From: the human T2T-CHM13v2.0 reference genome, Homo sapiens
Length of the DNA: 64,000 nt
Assembly: GCF_009914755.1 (NCBI RefSeq)
Contig: NC_060935.1
Reading direction: 5' to 3' (one strand)
Both the position numbers and the translations under genes were made by a program. The notes under the pieces are model-generated. The model had not been told where the DNA came from. It ran no database searches and saw nothing but the letters and a program-made list of their open reading frames with translations. The first letter of the stretch is position 1. Every line of letters begins with the position of its first letter. Shown here one piece after another: positions 58,585 through 64,000 of the stretch.

Positions 58585-59500
58585 TTAAATTTTTCCTAGG
58601 TGAAGCCAAGAACCCTCATGGGTTAAGCCCCAATTTCAGGACCTTGCTTGTCCACCTGCAACAAATGGACTAGTTTTTAGTAGGCACTCATTTTATTACT
58701 TCCAGCTTTGGGAGATCATTTTTCATAACTCTCTCACTAGTTACCATTCCATCTTTGCAGACATAGTTTTGTCAGCTCAGCAGATCTAACTTTCTCCATC
58801 AGGGTTTCCTGTGGTAGCCTCCTGGCTGAGCTAACTGTGGCTCATACGGAACAAAAGACCTAGCTTTGCAGGTGGGGGTTTTAAAGTTTAGGTTCCAAAA
58901 AAATTAGGGCAAATGCTTAACTTTGTTTCTCATTGTTTTCCTTCTATCATCCTTGAGGATAATAGATAAACAATTTGATTTAATTTATTTGCAGTGTACA
59001 TCTTCCTTTGAATGACTTCTACCATTCTATCTTAATTTGCGGTTTATTGGAAAGTCTTGGTTCTGTTATGGTGGTCTGTATAACCCATCTCAGATAATAA
59101 AACAGCATGGTTTCCTGAATTCAGTGGAAGAAGAAATGCTTAAGAGATTTTCAAATATAAAATAATAAAGAAAAAACTATTACTAAATTAAAAAGTCAAC
59201 ATTTAATTCTGTAAAATCCACACTTTTAACAGCTTAGTCACTAAGTATATGAATATTAGTTGGCTACAAATTATTTTCTGGGTTTGATTTAAAAAACCAA
59301 AGGACAGAAAGAGATATCGAGCAACTTAATTCATCCTTCCATCTTCAGTCAGCTCCACAATTGACTTTCTAGAGTCAGAAGAAATACTTTCTATTATTTA
59401 TTGCAAATTACCTCAGGTACTTCATGAAAGTAGGTGGAATATAAAATGTTCCACATGCATTGTATTAGGCATTTTATCAATTCATTTAAAACCCAAGTCA

Positions 59501-60398
<898 letters not shown>

Positions 60399-60404
60399 AA
60401 CTTT

Positions 60405-60826
60405 GTGAGGCAGAGAAAACCGAATACTATGTGATCTCACTTATGTGAAATCTTAAAAAGTTAAACTCATAGAAGTAGATAATAGAGCAGTGGTTAGCAG
60501 GGATCAGGGGTGAGAGATGTCGGTGAAAGGGTACAGACTTTCATTTAAAAGATGAGTAAGTTCTGGGGACTGAAGGTACAGCATGGTGACCATAGTTAGC
60601 AATGCTGTGTCATATACTTGAAAGTTGCTAAGGGAATAAATCTTAAGAGTTTTCACCACATATGCAAAAAAGGATAACTATGTGAAATGAGGGATATGTT
60701 AACTAACTTCATAGTGGTTTTGGTAATCATTTCACAAAGTATATGTATATCAAATCATCACAGAGTATACTTTAAACATACATAATTTAATTTCTCTATT
60801 ATACCTCAACAAAACTGAAAAAAAAA
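60405..60826 (+). mobile_element. L1MA/MB 3' end
   Basis: ATACTATGTGATCTCACTTATGTGAAATCT...GATGAGTAAGTTCTGGGGA...ATTATACCTCAACAAAACTGAAAAAA. Confidence 0.8.
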
Positions 60827-60885
60827 TGTTGCCCTCCAATTATATGCAGTACTAACACAGTTCTAGGCCCATAATAATACCTTCA

Positions 60886-61212
60886 TTATTATGATTATGA
60901 TTATGATTATGATTATTATTATTATTGAGACAGAGTCTCACTGTTGCTGTTGCCCAGGCTGGAGTGCAGTGGCATGTTCTCGGCTCACTGCAACCTCCGC
61001 CTCCTGAGTTCAGGTGATTCACCTACCTTAGCCTCCTGAGTAGCTGGGACTAGAGGTGTGTGCCACTACACCTGGCTAATTTTTGTATTTTTAATAGAGA
61101 TGGGGTTTTACCATGTTGGTCAGGCTGGTCTCACCCTTCTGACTTCAGGTGATCGTCCTGCCTCTGCCTCCCAAAGTGCTGGGATTACAAGTGTAAACTA
61201 CTGTGCCTGGCC
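60886..61212 (-). mobile_element. AluS with tail converted to (ATTATG)n/(ATT)n microsatellite
   Basis: Antisense Alu preceded by ATTATGATTATG...ATTATT. Confidence 0.9.
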
Positions 61213-61695
61213 CCCTTTGTTAATATTAATTGAATAAATAATGAAAAACATTTTCACCAAAAAAACCACTTTGTGAAGTAACTCAGATGTCACTATTGTT
61301 TGAAAATATGTTTATCTTACTATATATGTTTTATATATGGCAAGGATGGATTATGATTTTAATTAAAAAATTGATTCAAATAAACATACATGTTTCTGGG
61401 ATAGGCCGTGTGATAGCGGACACCAAGACGAATTCATTTTACTTCTGCTTACTACTTCATGGCCTCAGGAAAAGCATAAAACATTTGGCAGCAGCAAGCA
61501 ATCTCCAAATAATTGATAGTTATGAATTATGTAACAAAAGCAGAGGTAACAGCAAACCATTCTTGTTGTTTTTCCCATAGACCTGATTGTTGTTAAGTAG
61601 AAAGGAGAAATTGATACAACAAGAATGGAAATAGCATCTATTTGTTATATTAATTAGTTACTTAATATTAACATTTGCCTTTCCTAAATCCTAAA

Positions 61696-62107
61696 TCTGT
61701 TCTCACACTGCTAATAAAGACATACCCCAGACAGGGTAATTTATAAAGGAAAGTGGACTCACAGTTTCACATGGCTGAGGAGGCCTCAATACAAGTAATT
61801 TATAAAGGAAAATTCCACATGGACTCACAGTTCCACGTGGCTGAGGAGGCCTCAATCATGGCAGAAGGCGAAGGAGGAGCAAAGGCATGTCTTACATGGC
61901 AGCAGGCAAAAGAACATGTGCAGGAGAACTGCCCTTTATAAAACCATCAGATCTCATGAGACTTATTCACTATCATGAGAAGAGCATGGGATAAACCCAC
62001 CCCGATGATTCAATTACCTTCCACTGGGTCCCTCCCACAACAAGTGGGGATTATTGGAGCTACAATTCAAGATGAGATTTGGTTGGGGACATGCCAAAAC
62101 CATATCA
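61696..62107 (-). mobile_element. THE1-type solo LTR with an internal duplication of about 55 bp
   Basis: TCTCACACTGCTAATAAAGACATACCC...CAATTCAAGATGAGATTTGG...AACCATATCA. Confidence 0.9.
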
Positions 62108-62165
62108 ACTGATAGGAAAAAACTTGAAATAATTATAGTAGAAACAGAAGATCAAAAACCGTTTT

Positions 62166-62320
62166 GGCTGATGCTGTGGCTTACGCCTATAATTCAACAA
62201 CTTTAGGAGGTTAAGTTGGGAGGACTGCTTTGGTCCAGGAGTTCAAGACTGCAGTGAGCTCTGATTGTGCCACTACATCCAGCCTGAGCAACTGAGAGAG
62301 ACACTGTCTCTAAAAAATCA
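62166..62320 (+). mobile_element. Alu monomer (FAM/FRAM-like)
   Basis: A single arm with a left-type start (GGCTTACGCCTATAAT...CTTTAGGAGG) running into a right-type end (GCAGTGAGCT...CCAGCCTGAGCAAC...CTGTCTCTAAAA). Confidence 0.65.
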
Positions 62321-62463
62321 AACAAGAGAAAAAACAACAACAACAAAGTTTGAACATTTATTCCTAAAGGTTTTTGTACACTGACATCTTTGATGATGAG
62401 TTATGGGCCTTCTTTCCAGAATAATGAACCTAAACACATAGTACATAAAAATCAAAAAGTGAG

Positions 62464-62748
62464 GGTGTGGGGTGCAGGGGCTCATGCCTGCAATCCAGCA
62501 CTTTGGGAAGCTGATACAGGAAGATAGCATGAACCTAGCATTTTGAGATAAGCCTGGTCAACTTAATGAGACCATGTCTCTACAAAAAATTTTTAAAAGG
62601 AGCAGAATATGATTGTGCATTCTTGTAGTCCCAGCTACTTGAGAGGCCAAGGCTGGGGGATTGCTTCGGCCCAGGAGTTTGAGGCTGCAGTGAGCTATGA
62701 TTGTGTCACTGCACTCCTGGGTGACAGAGCGAGAATTCCATCTCTTAA
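62464..62748 (+). mobile_element. AluJ
   Basis: Diverged dimer with CCCAGGAGTTTGAGGCTGCAGTGAGCTATGATTG. Confidence 0.85.
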
Positions 62749-63659
62749 ACAGCATCTGAGGGATTCTTCATGGACCCCTTTAAGTACATTCATGGATCCT
62801 AGTTTGAATATTTCTGATGTAGAGAAATGCAGAAATATAACCGAGGAAAAGCTAATATAATTACTGTGATTCAGCATTGAATTCTACCTGAAGCCTACTG
62901 ACAAGGAAAAAAAAAAGAAAGAAAGGAAAGACAAATTATATAAAAGAAGGAAAGAAGTCATAGAAAAGTGAAAGTTATCATGTACTTAGTCTATGCCTCA
63001 CACTATGCTAGGTTTTTAAAATACATAATATCTCAAGGAATTCCCATCTCACTCATTTGAGGGAGCTGTTGTTATCCACAATTTATACACAGGAAACAAA
63101 GAATGGAAATGGAATTTCAATCCAGTACTCTCTAGTTTCAAAAGGCTATAATCTTTTTAACTTTATGATGAAAGTAAGTATACTGTTCATCAATGAGAAA
63201 AGACCCATATTTTTCCCTGATGCTAAACTCTAAGAAAAAGAGACTGAAACTTTCTACAGGCTAGAAAGACAATGGTATTCTATGTTTTCTCCATCCTCCT
63301 TTTACTGAGCAGATTACAGTCATAAAACTTGGGACTGTTATAAATGTTTAAAAATATTTTCATTTGGAAAAACTCTTCTAGGGCTGGGAAGTTTTATCTG
63401 GCAATTAACTTGTGTGTGCTTTGATGATAGATATTGTGTTTTTATTTCTGATACAATTTCTCCATTTCAAACTATCTTGCTTTGTATACAGAGGCCACTC
63501 AGGACATAGCAGTCAACTGATTGACTATATATAGGTCATTTCAGATGGCTCAGATTCCAACCTATTTTAAATAACTTAGAAATCCTAGTTATATTTGGAA
63601 AGGATCTTGAGAAATCCAGATGCTTAGCAATAATCCATTGCAGGCAGCATGCATATTAA

Positions 63660-63800
63660 TAGCTAATATTAATTGAGCACTTACTAAGCTCCAGGCTGTG
63701 TTTTAAGTACTCTTCATTAATTTCTCTTTCAATCTTCTCAACAGCTATTTAAATTAAGAGCCACTATTATCTCCATGAGAAAAATGAGGCACAGAAAGTG
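63660..63800 (-). mobile_element. MIR
   Basis: AGCTAATATTAATTGAGCACTTACTAAGCTCCAGGC...ATGAGGCACAGAAAG. Confidence 0.65.
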
Positions 63801-64000
63801 TTTTCCAAACCGTCTATTAACTTAGCCAAAACACTGGTCAGTCTGTCGAATTTTATTCAAATCAACTCAATCAAAACTATCCAATTAAAATGGAAAATAG
63901 ACAGAATCTTACATCTGTTTTCTAGAGGCCAGAGTAGAATTCTTCCATATAGTGTACTTCTAGCTATTTTGCTAAGACCCCAGTTTCAAATGATTTGGAT

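Overview
This is repeat-dense primate DNA, almost certainly human, because it carries a consensus-like AluYa5 and a full-length SVA. It looks intergenic or intronic, and I can support no intact protein-coding gene, tRNA, rRNA or CRISPR array; the listed ORFs are chance ORFs or decayed repeat and pseudogene frames. Main contents: (1) a degenerate C2H2 zinc-finger retrocopy fragment (about 1.4-2.0 kb); (2) a complete THE1 MaLR element inside an old L1; (3) a deleted MLT2/ERVL provirus (8498-11219, TSD GTGTC) in which about 160 bp of the dUTPase region is duplicated in inverted orientation around a 1.3-kb AT-rich 31-mer minisatellite; (4) an internally deleted L1PA15/16-like element; (5) an ancient but structurally complete class I provirus on the minus strand (33985-44827: LTR, Arg-like PBS, gag, pro, pol, env, PPT, LTR) whose env resembles EnvV (ERVV-1/2) and which carries three Alus, including a young AluYa5; (6) a GSPT1 (eRF3a) processed pseudogene in a four-level nest (L1 > MLT1B > GSPT1 copy > AluJ); (7) a full-length SVA with a 17-bp TSD; (8) a solo ERV1 LTR with a strong CTCF-like motif and a trimeric Alu. 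I find no evidence for a new enzymatic or defence system. The most unusual structure is the ERVL fold-back enclosing the minisatellite. Subfamily names and protein comparisons come from recalled consensus sequences and need Dfam/RepeatMasker/BLAST confirmation; identity figures are hand counts.
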